From: Histomonas meleagridis 2922-C6/04-290x
Taxonomy: Eukaryota > Protista > Parabasalia
Assembly: GCA_020184695.1 (NCBI GenBank)
Contig: JAANOX010000031.1
Coordinates: forward strand, 1 to 49,603
Direction: 5' to 3'
Length of the DNA: 49,603 nucleotides
The notes beneath the pieces are model-generated. The model was not told the origin of the DNA. It worked only from the letters and a program-made list of their open reading frames with translations, and searched no databases. The stretch's first letter is position 1. Every line of letters starts with the position of its first letter. Made by a program: the position numbers and the translations under genes. Shown here piece after piece: positions 1 through 12,866 of the stretch.

Positions 1-417
1 TACTACGTGTAGTGATATAACTTTGTGTTGAGAGCTTAAAAATACTGTGTAAAATTGTTGATGAAACATTTTTTGATATTAAATATCTTTTGTAAATTGC
101 TGATTTTACAATTTGGTTAAACTTTGATCAAAGTTTGCTTGTAATGATGTTTATTGAGGTTTTTCATCATTTTTATCTTATTGAAATATACAAAATTTCG
201 ATCATTTTGATAAAATCTAAGATAACCACACGTACAAATGCATCTGAATTATTAATGAAAATTTATAATGTTTTAATATTAATATAAATCTTATTTCTAA
301 TTATATTTTTTATATTTTCCCTATTGACTGATTATATTGAATTTCCCATATTAACAACTGAATTTAAATTCGGCTGCTTGTAAGTAAAAGATAAAACAAA
401 AACGCAAAGCTCGGGAC

Positions 418-1218
418 ATGACAATAAACTACAGACCCAAAAATCTAATGAACAGTTGTTCTTCTTAACAGCAATATTCCAGATTTTACCCTTTTAATAT
501 CTGAGGCAATATATCTGTAATTGAATCATTGCTCAGGAGAACGAAGAAAGACCATTCATTTGCACCCTCTCAGGCAGTGAAAAGGTCTATCATTTGCAAA
601 CAAAAGTAAGCTCCACATCGTGAGTTTTATCCAGCAGCTCCTTTAATATTGGTGAACCAATAATGAATTTCATGGGAAAATCCAACAGTCCAGGCACGAA
701 AAGCTACAGACGATGAAAAAAATATTACATTGCTCGGTTCGGAAGTCTTGCTCGATATGTGAATCATAGTTTGCAATCCCAATTGTATTTTAAATTTGTC
801 AATATTTCCGGGAGGCAAGAAACGGTATATCTTTATTCGGATAAATCTCATATTGAATCCCTTCCGAAAGAGCTGTATTGACTATAAACTTCTCCTGTAA
901 CAAATCTGATGCTATTCCTTGGCTCCAAATTGCGGCTCTTCTAATTGTCGCAAATCTTGATGATGCAAGATTCGTTAAAAATCCGGTCGACAAAAGCAAC
1001 CTAAAGAAAACGAAGTTCCGAAAAAGAACGCAAAAAATACGAAAAATGCAAATAATAAAAAGTTGAAAAAAGAAGAAGAAAAATCGAAAGAAATTCCAGT
1101 CGCAAAACTTTACGATAACTTCTTAAGGAATGTAATGCCAGTGCAAATGCATTTCACATTCGGCGGCGGTGAATTTGATCCATCCTCCCTCTATCAAAGA
1201 AAGCGAACAAAGCGTAAA
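418..1218 (+). pseudogene. Frameshifted ORF of unknown function (probably a real gene with consensus errors)
   Basis: Protein-like segments in shifting frames (SDAIPWLQIAALLIVANLDDARF; KEEEKSKEIPVAKLYDNFLRNVMPVQMHFTFGGGEFD) from ATG 418 to TAA 1218. No family recognised. Confidence 0.25.
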
Positions 1219-1526
1219 TGAAAATGAAAATGAATAAAAGTAATTGTGAGAAATATAATAGCTGTACAGGTAACAGGAAGACCACTACAAATATGCTAAT
1301 AATTAATATGAAAAAAAAATCAGTAAATAAGATAAATTTAAAAAATATAATATTTTATTTTTTATTTTTTAATATTTCATTATATATTGATATGATCATA
1401 TTAAAACATAATGTTGGATTCAAATATTTAAAAAATCAATCCAATATATCATTACAGCTCAGAGATTACATCTAAAAAATGGTGCAGAAACAAAATAGTT
1501 TAATTATTTCTTAAACAAAAAAGGAA

Positions 1527-2632
1527 TTAATCTAATGTTAAAATTATGTATTTGTTGAAAATAGAATCAAAATTCTTTTCTTTTACCAATTGCATCTTAT
1601 CGCATGCCCACATGATTAATCTTAATGGGATTATTAACGCTTCTTTAAATTCGTCCAAGTTTAGCTTTGGGTCATATTTAACCTCCGGAATTGACTGGTT
1701 TATTTTTGAATTGTATGGGATGACGGTTGCCGTATACAAAACGTAACCTTGCCCAAAGATTTGAATGCGTTCAAAAGTGACTTTTATGATTTCAATTTCT
1801 TTTTTGTTTAATTTGACGTTAAACTTGTTAAGGAAATCGTTAACAATCGAAATGAACAAATCGATGACATTCTTTTTGCTGGCGGCCTCTAAGATTTGTT
1901 TTTTGAATTCTATTTCTGGGATTTTAATATCATTTGAATGCTTTTGATTGATGGGGAAAATCTTATTCTGTAAAATCGTTAGTCCAACTCGTGTAATGTA
2001 ATCGACAATTAAATTGATAAAATGAATCGCAAACGATTCCCAAACGGTTTTCTTCTTCCTCATCTCGAATTTAACACGAAATGTAGCGCGACTTGTAAAC
2101 GGATATTTCTTGAACGTTTATCTCGTTTATATTTTCTTTAATTTTAGTAATAATTTCATGTTTGTCCTGTAAATGTAATTTTAGTTCGTTCACAATGCGC
2201 AATTCTTCAATTTATCATTCTTACATATTCGATCAACGCAATCTTTCTCATTCTTTGCTTGAAATTGGATTATTCCAGTAAAGACTTTCAAATCGATCTT
2301 TTCCATTTATAATTCGGCTCAACATTTTCATATAAATTGTATTGTTTCTTTACTTCAGGTAACAAAAACGTTTGATGCGGCATATGAAAACAACACGCAA
2401 CCATCGAATCATTAAACTCTCGAAGTTTTGGCTCTTGCATTAAGAATGGTACATACTTAAGTTTGTTATGCGTTTTAGAAAGCTCATTTATGATAAAGAT
2501 ATCAGGAATTTATTAATAACGTTTCCTTTCATCATAAATGCCGATAAAATGTAACGTAACGTTTCGATTCAGTTTTTTGATTTTCTTTAAGTAATGGTTC
2601 AACAATAAGTCGTTGGATTCTTCTTCTGTCAT
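1527..2632 (-). CDS. Hypothetical protein; 3' part intact (178-aa ORF 1527-2063), 5' part frameshifted
   Basis: 178-aa ORF. Coding-like broken frames continue upstream to an ATG at 2632 (MTEEESNDLLLNHYLKKIK). Confidence 0.4.
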
Positions 2633-2953
2633 TTTAATTAAGCCTTCAATTAATAATGATAAATAAGTGATTTCATTATATTGATAAAATTCATTTTCTT
2701 TCTGCTGGAACTTGCTTCTGGTGCTTTAGGAAATGGATGTGATATAATGATGTTGGATAAATAAATGTGGTGAAAACATCCACAATTTGAATGATTGGAA
2801 TAATTAAACTAGAATTACTTTGAAATTATTTTGTTGTTTTTGTCGAATAAAAATTGGAAACGTTTAAATTAATTGCACTGAAAAATGGAAATTAGAATAT
2901 TCAAATGGATTCCTTTACAACATTTGATGAGTTTCGCACGTGCATCTGCATGA

Positions 2954-3214
2954 TCACCTAAGATTCCTATCAGCAGGATAATAAGAAATAAGAAATTGTT
3001 CGGCTAGTTCGTTATATTCATCTGTGGAAAACCCACAAAAAATATTACAAAAACCTACATGAAGGAAATAATTGTAATAATCTTCATAGTTGGTAAAGAA
3101 ATTATCAATGTTTGAAAATGTTATACAGCTTTCGTCAGTTCCAAATGTACTATATTTTACAGCTCTTCCGTTCATACTTTTTGTTCCAGAGCTTGAAACT
3201 TTCCTTGTCGACAT
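2954..3214 (-). CDS. Small hypothetical protein, 86 aa
   Basis: ATG-to-stop ORF with protein-like composition (MSTRKVSSSGTKSMNG...FSTDEYNELAEQFLISYYP). No family recognised. Confidence 0.35.
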   Translation of the reverse strand: MSTRKVSSSGTKSMNGRAVKYSTFGTDESCITFSNIDNFFTNYEDYYNYFLHVGFCNIFCGFSTDEYNELAEQFLISYYPADRNLR

Positions 3215-3282
3215 TTGGAATTGAAAATTTTACATTGTGAAAAGTTGCAAAGAAAATAAGACGTTATAAATAAACCCCAAAA

Positions 3283-3926
3283 ATGGAAGAAACCTCATTA
3301 AACATTTTACATAAATATGTAAATAAAGCACAAACTGATGTAAATATATTGGGCTGCAATCAATATCATCAAATGAAGACAAAAATTTAATCAAAAAAGA
3401 TATTCCTATCTTTTGGATGCCCAAAAAATTTTCTCAATAATATAATAATAAAATTCCTGATGAAGAATCGATTATAAATACAGTGCAGTAATTAATACAA
3501 AATCCAAAAGTACGGAAAAAAAGTATTAATCAAATTTTTAAAGAACAACTAAAAATACAAAAAAAGACCTTGGGAATAAAAAAGCGTGATTTCGTGTGGC
3601 GAATGTATATGCAATTGATCCATCATCATTAATGAAAACAAATCCGCCTATTCAATAATCAAAAAATCGAATATCCATTACAAAAATGTCATACAACCAT
3701 CACAACAAAGGAAAAGATGTAAATTATAATGTACGGATTATCCAAATGATAGAATACTTACATTAGTTAATGATTCACAAACAATTGTTTCCAACCCATT
3801 GAATTTATGTTCAATTTCAATTCACCAATTCAAATTGACGGTTATGGCACTTTTGAGAAATTTCCAATTAAACAGAAAAGAATTTCAAATCGAGGCAAGA
3901 GCTAAAAATACCTATTATTATGAATA
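3283..3926 (+). pseudogene. Frameshifted hypothetical ORF
   Basis: MEETSLNILHKYVNKAQ start, followed by broken coding-like frames (TDYPNDRILTLVNDSQTIV; NFNSPIQIDGYGTFEKFP). Confidence 0.2.
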
Positions 3927-4689
3927 GTCATCCTTTTCAAGTGTGAATAAAATGATCTTTCATTAATAGACATATTTCTTTCCATTCCAACATTAACTCA
4001 ATCTGAAGCACAACAACTTTTTTCTTTTCTTTTTAATTATAATTTTTTATCTTTATATATCCGTTCCAAAATTTGTCAATTGCTTTATACCAAAAAAACA
4101 TATAAATGGCCAGAACTTCTCGGAAGATTTATATCACTTATTGATCCATAATGTATTTAAGAATCATTTGATTCATGTATCAATGGTAAAATGGGGAAAA
4201 CGACAAAAAACTTCAACAAAATGAATATTTATTCAATGTCTCTTCTAATTAATTACAGCATTTTCCCTTTATATAGACAGGGAAGGTGAATTAAATGAAT
4301 TTGCCTGGATTTTTTTCTATTGAAATCAGTACAATGAATTTACCCAATCTTAATATGACAGTCTGTTCTTGAAGAAGTTTTAGAAACACAATAAACTTTT
4401 TATCTAATAGAAGAATTTAATAAAAGGAACAAATGATGTGTTACCAAATGATGCAAATCAATTGAAATCAGAAAATTCCAAAATGAAGCGAAATCATCCT
4501 TAAAATTCATCAAAAGTTATTCTTAAACATTTGACAAGGTTTGTTAAATAATAAGAAATTCTTCCTTTCCAAAAGAAGAAATAAGTCCCAATTTTATTTT
4601 ATCCAATAATTCTTGAGATATTAGATTCTCCTAAATAAAAGTAACATTAATCCATTGGCAATAAAAATTCTATTTTCCTCTTTATCAAT

Positions 4690-7270
4690 TTATCACCTGT
4701 TCTTATCAATGTAACAGAAAACAAATCTAATAAGAAAAAATCTTTCATTTATTTATCAAGAAAATACTTCATCTTCAAAAAGCTTTTCAACTCTGAAAAC
4801 AAATTCAAAAAAGACAAGTAAATATTCTAAAAATCTTGGAAGATGACGCTTATTATCTACAGAAGAAGGGTTGAAGATATAAGCATTTCTACAAATAATT
4901 CTAAAATCAAATGAAAAAGCATAATTTAAATCAAAATAAATCAAATAGCTCATTTCAAAATTTAGAAAAAAATTCATCAAAATCAAAAAACTCAAATATT
5001 AATGAAAAATCTCAAAAGTCAAATTCAAACAAAATTAAAAATAAAAATAATTCTTCTTTTATTGACTTGATTTCTGATGAATCACTTTCAAGTAATAATG
5101 ATATCTTCTTATCCCAAAATAGTTCCTCAAAAACAAATAAAAGCAAAGATTTGAAATTCACTAAACAGTTCATTTATGGATTCAAGATTTAGAAATTGTC
5201 TAAGAAAAATCTAAAGCATCAAATAGATAATTTTAAGTCAAAGTAACTCATCTAAATCAAAGAAATTTAATAAACATAAACATAGATGATAATTCTGAAA
5301 ATTGGTAAATACAAACAAAATCTCTCAACAAGGTAATTCATAAATGATCCAAACAAAAAGAATGAGTTCAGATGTTGAATATTATTGATTTGGATAACTC
5401 TTTTGATAACAATAAAAGTAAAAAAGGAACATCTCCAACATAGCCATTCTCATCAAGAAATCATGAAGATTTGAAGTTCAGATGTTGATATTATTGATTT
5501 GGATAACTCTTTTGATAATAATAATAAAGTAAAAAAGGAACATCTCAACATGTATTTCTCAATGTAAAGAGAAATCTAATAAAGATTTGAGTTCAGACGT
5601 TGATATTATTGAATTAGATGATAGTTTCGGAAGTGGTAAGCAAAGCAAAATTTCACAGCAATGCACTCATGAAGTGTCCAATCAAACAAAATAATGAGTT
5701 CAGAAGTTGATCTTGATTTAGGTAAATACATTTGAAAAAATATTATAAGCAAAGTTACAAACTTACATCAAAGTAATTCTTCCAAATCAAACAAAAACAA
5801 AAGATTTGGAATTACTTTCAGTAGCTGTTATAGTTCTGATTTTGAAAGTTAATTCCAGATCGATCTAAACATAAAACAAATAATTTAAGTCAAAGTAATT
5901 CATCTAAATCCAAAGAAAACAAATAAAAGTTCAAAAGGTGATATAATTGATTTAGATGACTCTTTCCCCGAAGTGATAAAGACAAGCAAAAATATCTCAT
6001 CAAAGTAATTCCTCTCAAGCAAGAAATCAATAACATGAAATCAGTTGATATGTTGATTTAGATGATAGTTTCGAAAAGTGATAAAAACAAAAGCAAAATT
6101 TCTCATCAAAGTAAATCATCAGAAATCTAAAAAATATACAATCAGTTGATATCATTGATTTGGATGACTCTTATGATAGTGTTAAAAAATAAAAAAGTGT
6201 TATTTCTCAACAAAGTAATTCATCTAAATCAAAGAAATCTATGAAAACAAACTCTATGAATATCATTGGATTTAGATGACTCATTTGAAAGTAAAGAAAA
6301 GCAAATTTCTCATCAAATAAATCAACAATCAACGAAATCGAGCCTGGAAATCGGTTGATGGTATCTGATTGATGACTCTTTGATAGCATTAAAAATAAAA
6401 GTAAAGTTTCTCATCAAAGTATTTCAAAATAAATCTAAGAAAAACATATGAGATCAAATGCTGAATTAAATGATAGTTTAATTGATAAAAGCAAAAAGCA
6501 AAATTTCTATAAATAAAAGTAATTCATCAAAATCAAAGAAATCTATTAATATGAAATCAGTTGATATCGTGGTTGATTTAAATAATTTCACTTGGTGATA
6601 ACAAGCTCATTCTCATCAAAGTAATTCATCAAATAAGAAGATAATAATATTCTTTCAAGTAGTTCATTCCCAAATAAAAATTCAGATGATATTTCAGATA
6701 TGTCTCATAAATCTAAATCAATGAAAAACACCAAAAATACACAGAAATCAGGTCCATTGTGATTGATTTTGGAATCGATATTCTGAACGCGCAAGTGAAA
6801 AACATAAAGAATGCTCAAAATCAAAACCAAAATATGACTTTCATCTTATTCAATTGATCTTAATTTCGAAGGAATCTCTGAAGTAATAAAACATAGGCAA
6901 TCTGTATCCAATCAAATAAACATCCAACAAACTCTCTCAGCAAACAATGATTGCTACTAATTCTAAAATTACTTTGGATTCATCTGATGATTCGAATAAT
7001 TCAGCAAAGAAAATCAAATCCACAAAGTCCAAAAGGACATGTTTTCAATTTCCAATAAACAAAGTAATCATTCTATAATATGAAAAGATAAAATTGATAA
7101 ACTTTCTATGTCTTCAAATAAGTAAACAAACGAATGAAAGCAATTGATATTCATAGTTTTGGATCCCGAGAAGTTCAAAAGTAGTGGTAGGAGACCAACC
7201 AATATCACGTAACAAAAGTACTTAAATCAAGTTTTACTGCCAATTTTGATGATTCTAGTTCTTATTCAGA
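4690..7270 (+). CDS. Low-complexity Ser/Lys/Asn/Asp protein with ~12 (V/I)DIIDLDDSF-type repeats (SUMO-interacting-motif-like); frameshifted in this consensus
   Basis: Recurrent units of ~110-120 nt, e.g. agttcagatgttgatattattgatttggataactcttttgat at ~5477 and similar at ~5367, 5590, 5697, 5938, 6040, 6140, 6255, 6350, 6555. Boundaries approximate. Confidence 0.5.
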
Positions 7271-7569
7271 TTGATATTATATTAATATGCAAGTAATTAT
7301 GATACATTGTTAAATTAAAATAAAGATAAGTGGATACTCTTGGTCCAATATATTCACATGATTTATATTGAAAATAATTTATAGTCGAACCATTAACAAA
7401 TTAGCTAGTATCATTTGAGTCCTTATTATATTACTTTGGTTATATCTTTTTGGCATTCTTATATAACTTAAGTCAATTCATTAATTGATTTTGAATTGAA
7501 TTAATGCGTGTCATTTAGAAAACTTTTGAATCAATAAACAGTAAAACCGCAAAACTGCAGAAAAGTCAT

Positions 7570-9725
7570 GATTCAAATTGAATGCAAACTCACAAAAATT
7601 TTAAACAGGACATTAAGTGAATTATTGGCAAATAGCTTTCAATTATGTTTTTCGTGTATTTCAACTCAAACCGTTTCAAACATTTTTCAAAAATCTGTGA
7701 TTATTTAGGAATGTGTGACTAATGTCATAAGTTCGGTCCAAATTTAATTCAAAGAAAGCTGCATGGTCCACTCATGTAAATTCAATTCTGAACTCAGAAT
7801 TTATCAATACAGCTTTTGTAATATTTATATAATAACTTTCCAAATCTTAACCCAAATCAAAATGTTTGATTCTTCTGTTTAGCACCATACATTCTCAATC
7901 ATCTGCCCCATCCAAGGTCACAAATCCAAGGTTTAACTGCGTTTGGTATAAGCTGGTTAGAACTTTTAGTAAAAATAACAGTATCAATCATCTAGCTTCA
8001 ACAATACATTTTATAAGTTAAGTAATGAACATGTTACAAATAATCATTTAAGAAAAGCATTGTACAACAGACAATAGTTCATGGAAGCAAATGATCAAAT
8101 GCGAGTAGATCTTGTGGCAGATGGTATGTCAAGTACAATTTTGTATGGACCACATCTTCTTCAAATTGGTTATTCAACAAGGTATGTTTTCAGGAGGATC
8201 AGTGTCTGCTTCTGGAGGAACATATTATTTTACCATAACTTGCTTCTACCCGAATGCATTAATAAGCGACACGTAAGCAAATAGCGAAGTAACAGTAAGC
8301 TTTGGATTTCATGTTTGGTCAATCAAGCACTATTCGATCCAATACTGATACGGTAACGCAACTGTCACTTTCTAGAAAAAAATGAAACCGTTTGTATTTA
8401 AGCAATTCATTTTTGCGCAACTGGTGCTCCTGAACTCTTTCAGTATCTGCCTCTATGTCATAAAACAGCAGTGGAAATTGTGCACTGGTGGAAGAGCGGC
8501 TGCTTCTTTCGTTGAATTTTGGCCCCACTGATTGTAGTTGGGACAGTTACAAATATTTGCACAGCTAATACAGCTTTATAATTATGCATCACTGAAAATG
8601 ATATTATTTCCACAAACGTTAATAATGGAATTACGTTATCTGTTGTTCGAAATGGACAATCTGTAGATGAAATAAATTCAAATTGTCTTTAGATTCTGGA
8701 TATATATGATTGTGATATTACTATGGATTCAACAACTGCTTTACTCAGTCAAATACTTTTTTCCCAAATACATTTACATCATCAACATTTCCGAATACAT
8801 TTACTGAATCAATATATTTACACAATCAAACACTTTTACACAATCTAACTACATACTCACAATCAAACACATTTTCAAATTCCATCTATTTATAATCTAA
8901 TACATTTTCAAATTCATATATTTTTACACAATCAAATAAACTTTTCAGAATTCAAAAATTCATTTCAAAATCAAATACATTTTGCACGATCCAATACATT
9001 CCACTGAATCGAATTCATTTTCTAATACATTTACATTGTAAAATACGATTCCACACAATCAATTCATTTTCTAACACATTTACATTGTCAAACACATTCC
9101 ACAGGATCACAACACATATTCAGGATACATTTATACTAGTCAAATTCATTTACTAAAGTCGAGCATTTCAAATTCAAATTCATTTTTCAGGTTAAATTCA
9201 TTTCAATCAATTCTTTAATTCACAGAAATCATTAAGTTTAATGAACAATATACTTATTCCATAGCTAACATATTCTGTGTGCATTTGAAGAGACTCATAG
9301 TATGACAAAGATGTTATCCATGTTGACATTACAATAATGAAAGATTATAATTCAACTTATTCATATACCAACACATTACTCATTGTTTATCAATATACAA
9401 TTGTCAAATATCAACAGTAACCATCCAATATATATCACTAATATTATATGATTCTGCCAATAGACGACAATACATATGTAAATAATAATAATACCACTAC
9501 AATAGTAATCGTAGTCCGTATGTATAGTTGTAGTTATTGTGATCATAGCGTTTAGCTGTTGGTTTTATATATTCGTCATCAAAGAAATAAACTAAAGCAA
9601 AACAGAAAAGGCTGAAAAGTGTTGACGTTGAATATGGAATAGAAATGGAAACAACTAATGAGTTACACTGCAACATGAATCATATTTTAGATGACCCATT
9701 TGCGGATGATTTCTATGGAAGATAA
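7570..9725 (+). CDS. Type I membrane surface protein (ectodomain, xSxxFT stalk repeats, TM, DPFADDF tail); frameshifted in this consensus
   Basis: 8750-9250 encodes TQSNTFT/ESNTFS-type repeats, ~9500-9580 is hydrophobic, and the C-terminus is ...HILDDPFADDFYGR-TAA (9723-9725). Same architecture as the BspA gene at 28018-30183. Start approximate. Confidence 0.6.
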
Positions 9726-10129
9726 TCGTGTAAACATGTTAATGAATTAAATAGTTTACTAAAACATGCTCTGACATATGTTTAATTCAGTTTGTGTCTC
9801 GTGAGTAAAGCTGAGAACTCATTAGCTGGCTATTGAACCGTTTCTATCAGTACTGAATGCCAGATGTGAAAGTGTTGTCTCCCAGTGAAACAGAGGCAGA
9901 GAGCACGGAACAAAGAAATGTCTTTGGTACTTAATATAATGTCAACATCTTTATAATTAAATGAAACGCCCGTTTTGAAATGATTTTCTCATGTAATCAA
10001 ACTCAAAACCAAAGTTAGCAAACGGAAAACAAGCGCCGAATTTGCTTGAAAATGCATGTTTGTGAGGGGTCACCAAGAAGGGCTCCAAGTTCAAAAATGA
10101 GAATGTTTCTTTGATGTTGTGGCTGAAAG

Positions 10130-11588
10130 TAAAGAAATGATTTAATTTTTCTTATCCAAAAATGTCAATTTTCTCCCTGATTCTGTGGAAATTTTCATCA
10201 CTCATTGATGTCTAGTATTAACTTGAAATATTACAGATTGAGGGTTGAAAAGATAGGAAATATCTACATTTAGGATTGTTGGCCACTTATAGTAATAGAA
10301 CAAAGAGGACCTATGATGCCTATTGCTTTCCAGTATGCTGTTTGCTATATTTAAACGGGTGAGAAATTTCTGTGGAGATGGAATATGATTGTTTTGTTTT
10401 GATCCCATTAAAAACAATCAAAGAATTTTTATACATCATAGGGACATCTAGTTCAAAAAGCCATAATTTCTCATTATTTTGAATCACTGGTACTGATTGG
10501 ATTGTAAACAGTTAGGTTTAAAAAGAAATGTTAGGTGTAAATGTAAATTTACTCTTCTGGATTTATTGTGAGGATGGATCTTCCTACTTTATTTACGAAA
10601 TTTCCATATAACGAAATCATTCAAATTCTTTATTTATTGGTTTTAATTAGGAATTCTCCTGTTGGTGTAAAATACTTTAATGACACTAGACCCTTCCTTG
10701 ATAAAAGATTCAAGAATTGAACTCTGAATAGACAAGAAAGATGTTCCTCAAACAAGGACCAAAATAGATGGCCATTTTTACGCATATAAAACGAGTTAAA
10801 ATCAATTGTAAAAGTGGAACTCAACTGAATTCATGTGCTTCAGCGTCCATGTTTTCCAAATGACGTGGAAAGCTATATTCTCTAATACAAGAAGAAATCA
10901 ATGGACTTGATGAACTCAACAAAAAGTTCCTTCACAAAGAACCTGCAATTAAAAACTGCAAAACTCCTCACTTCATCGATCAGCCCAAATCATCACCTCC
11001 CCTCTATAACTTCATTGATGATGAGATGAAGTTGTTGATTATCAGCTTTCCATCCAGCTCATCTATATGTTGGATATGTCCAAAGGAGATCTATATTTTT
11101 AATGTTCCTACCAGCAATAATCCTCACCATTCTGGAAATTTCCTCAACCCTGAACTTACTCTAAGCCAAATTTATTCCAACTTCTGTAATACGTGATTTA
11201 ATCACTCTTTTGATAATAATTCACTTCAAAGCAATATTTCGAGAGAGCATAATGTTTGGGTTGGATTTGTTAGCTACTAGCGATCCCATTATTTCCGTCT
11301 CCATACATCTCGATAATCATGCTATTCAATTTCAAAAACAAAGCCACTGTTTTCACTCTCTGACCGTGGCCAATATAAAAGACTTTGCATTTACACCTAG
11401 TCCTATTATTGTTGTTTGTGTACCTAACCGTTGCCTGCGTGTCGCTTTTCTCCTTACAGCCGATAGCTTTTAATATTTTAACGCGCTCCTTCGTTCGCGT
11501 GAACTTGATTCCACACTTAATGTCACCGATTGCACGCATAACTGTCTGCAATTCTCAATGGACGCATTATATCTCATATAGTAAATAA
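10130..11588 (+). pseudogene. Frameshifted ORF, unknown product, with hydrophobic segments
   Basis: Plus-strand protein-like pieces (QEEINGLDELNKKFLHKEPAIKNCKTPHFIDQPKSSPPLYNFIDDE; QLSIQLIYMLDMSKGDLYIFNVPT). No family recognised. Confidence 0.25.
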
Positions 11589-11629
11589 ACCATCAGCCAG
11601 TGTTTTTCTAGCCAAAACCGGCAACATAA

Positions 11630-12404
11630 ATTTATGAGGTTGAAGAGTCCTATTCGAAGGATCATCCACTGACTGCAAATTTATTTTGTATTTTATTAGA
11701 TCAAGACAGCGAAGAAACGATCGTTGTTATCTATGATGTTAAACGCCGCTGTGAGATCTCCTGACTACAATATCGCAAGCACTCAAACGTGCAAAGAATA
11801 CAAAATGCGTAAGTCAAAGTAACCACAACTATTACATATCTTGTTATATGAGGCGCATATACTAAATTTCACGTTATGGCATTATACGTACCTCCAACGT
11901 GTGCGGGCTCCAAGCGAAACTAAAGCCCACGGGCACATCCACGAGCATCATTCCGAACAACAGCAACGCCAACGCGAATATTAATGATGCACATAGCATG
12001 AGCAAAAATAGTGAGATTGCAAAACCAACAGCAAAATGCTGCCAGCAACTATAGCAACAGCAACAGGCATTGCCTCAGCCATTTTTCCAAAGCTTTTGAT
12101 AAGTTGCCAACATTTTAACCCGACGCCACCACCGCCGCCGCAACAGAGGCACAAAGTGGTGCGAGACAACAAAAGATTCCAATCATGTTCCCGGTAAGAG
12201 CCACAAGCGCAGGCAAATGCCAAAGCTTCACAATTATGCCAGCGCCACTGCAGCAGCCGCAGCACATACCAGCTGAGGGCGTTGCAAACAAGAACAGACG
12301 AGGAGTCGTGCGTAGCAGTGAAGCCAGTGCAGAAGGGACAACAAGTGAATAATACTCGCAAAAGTGATCCGCAAACTACCTATGGATACCAACAAAACAT
12401 GTAA
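11630..12404 (+). pseudogene. GC-richer frameshifted ORF with a Gln/Pro/Ala-rich C-terminal half
   Basis: Runs of caa/cag/gca/ccg codons at 11950-12400. The minus-strand 126-aa ORF is its antisense shadow. Confidence 0.35.
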
Positions 12405-12866
12405 TGAAAGTGTTTGTAAATCTATTTTATGTGTAATGAATAAAAATATTATATGAAATATGTACATCGTAAGTAAATATGAGAGAATTTGGATCGTAAT
12501 TTGGATAAATGGTTATGCAAGTGATTGGGGGATGGTAAATGCTGATCAGCGATGACCTTAATCGTTTGCCATGTAGATGATGGAAAAAGTGTTCCCTCGA
12601 TGTCGATCGTCATACGTGAATAGTTCATTTTCTACCCTTAGTGGGAGTGACTTTTAAGAATCTAGTAAAATGTTTTTGAATATGTAAAAACTTTTTGTAA
12701 AAATATATAGAAAGTAGCTAAATTTTAATCAAATTTTGAACTCACTAAAAACTTAAAATTAAATCGAGAATAAGAGCAAAAGGACTCCTTTTGCAGTTTG
12801 TGCTGTAATAATAAAACTTTGTGTATTTATTGTACTTTAGTAAAAGAATTCATGTAAAATTTATTT

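Noticed and set aside
10000-11600. Maverick/transposon-derived gene on the minus strand (ORFs 10202-10417, 10630-10824, 11270-11551)
   Set aside because: No polymerase, integrase or transposase motifs and no terminal repeats; the plus strand gives the more protein-like reading.
11981-12467. Cys/Gly-rich minus-strand ORFs
   Set aside because: Antisense shadow of the Gln/Pro-rich plus-strand coding region.
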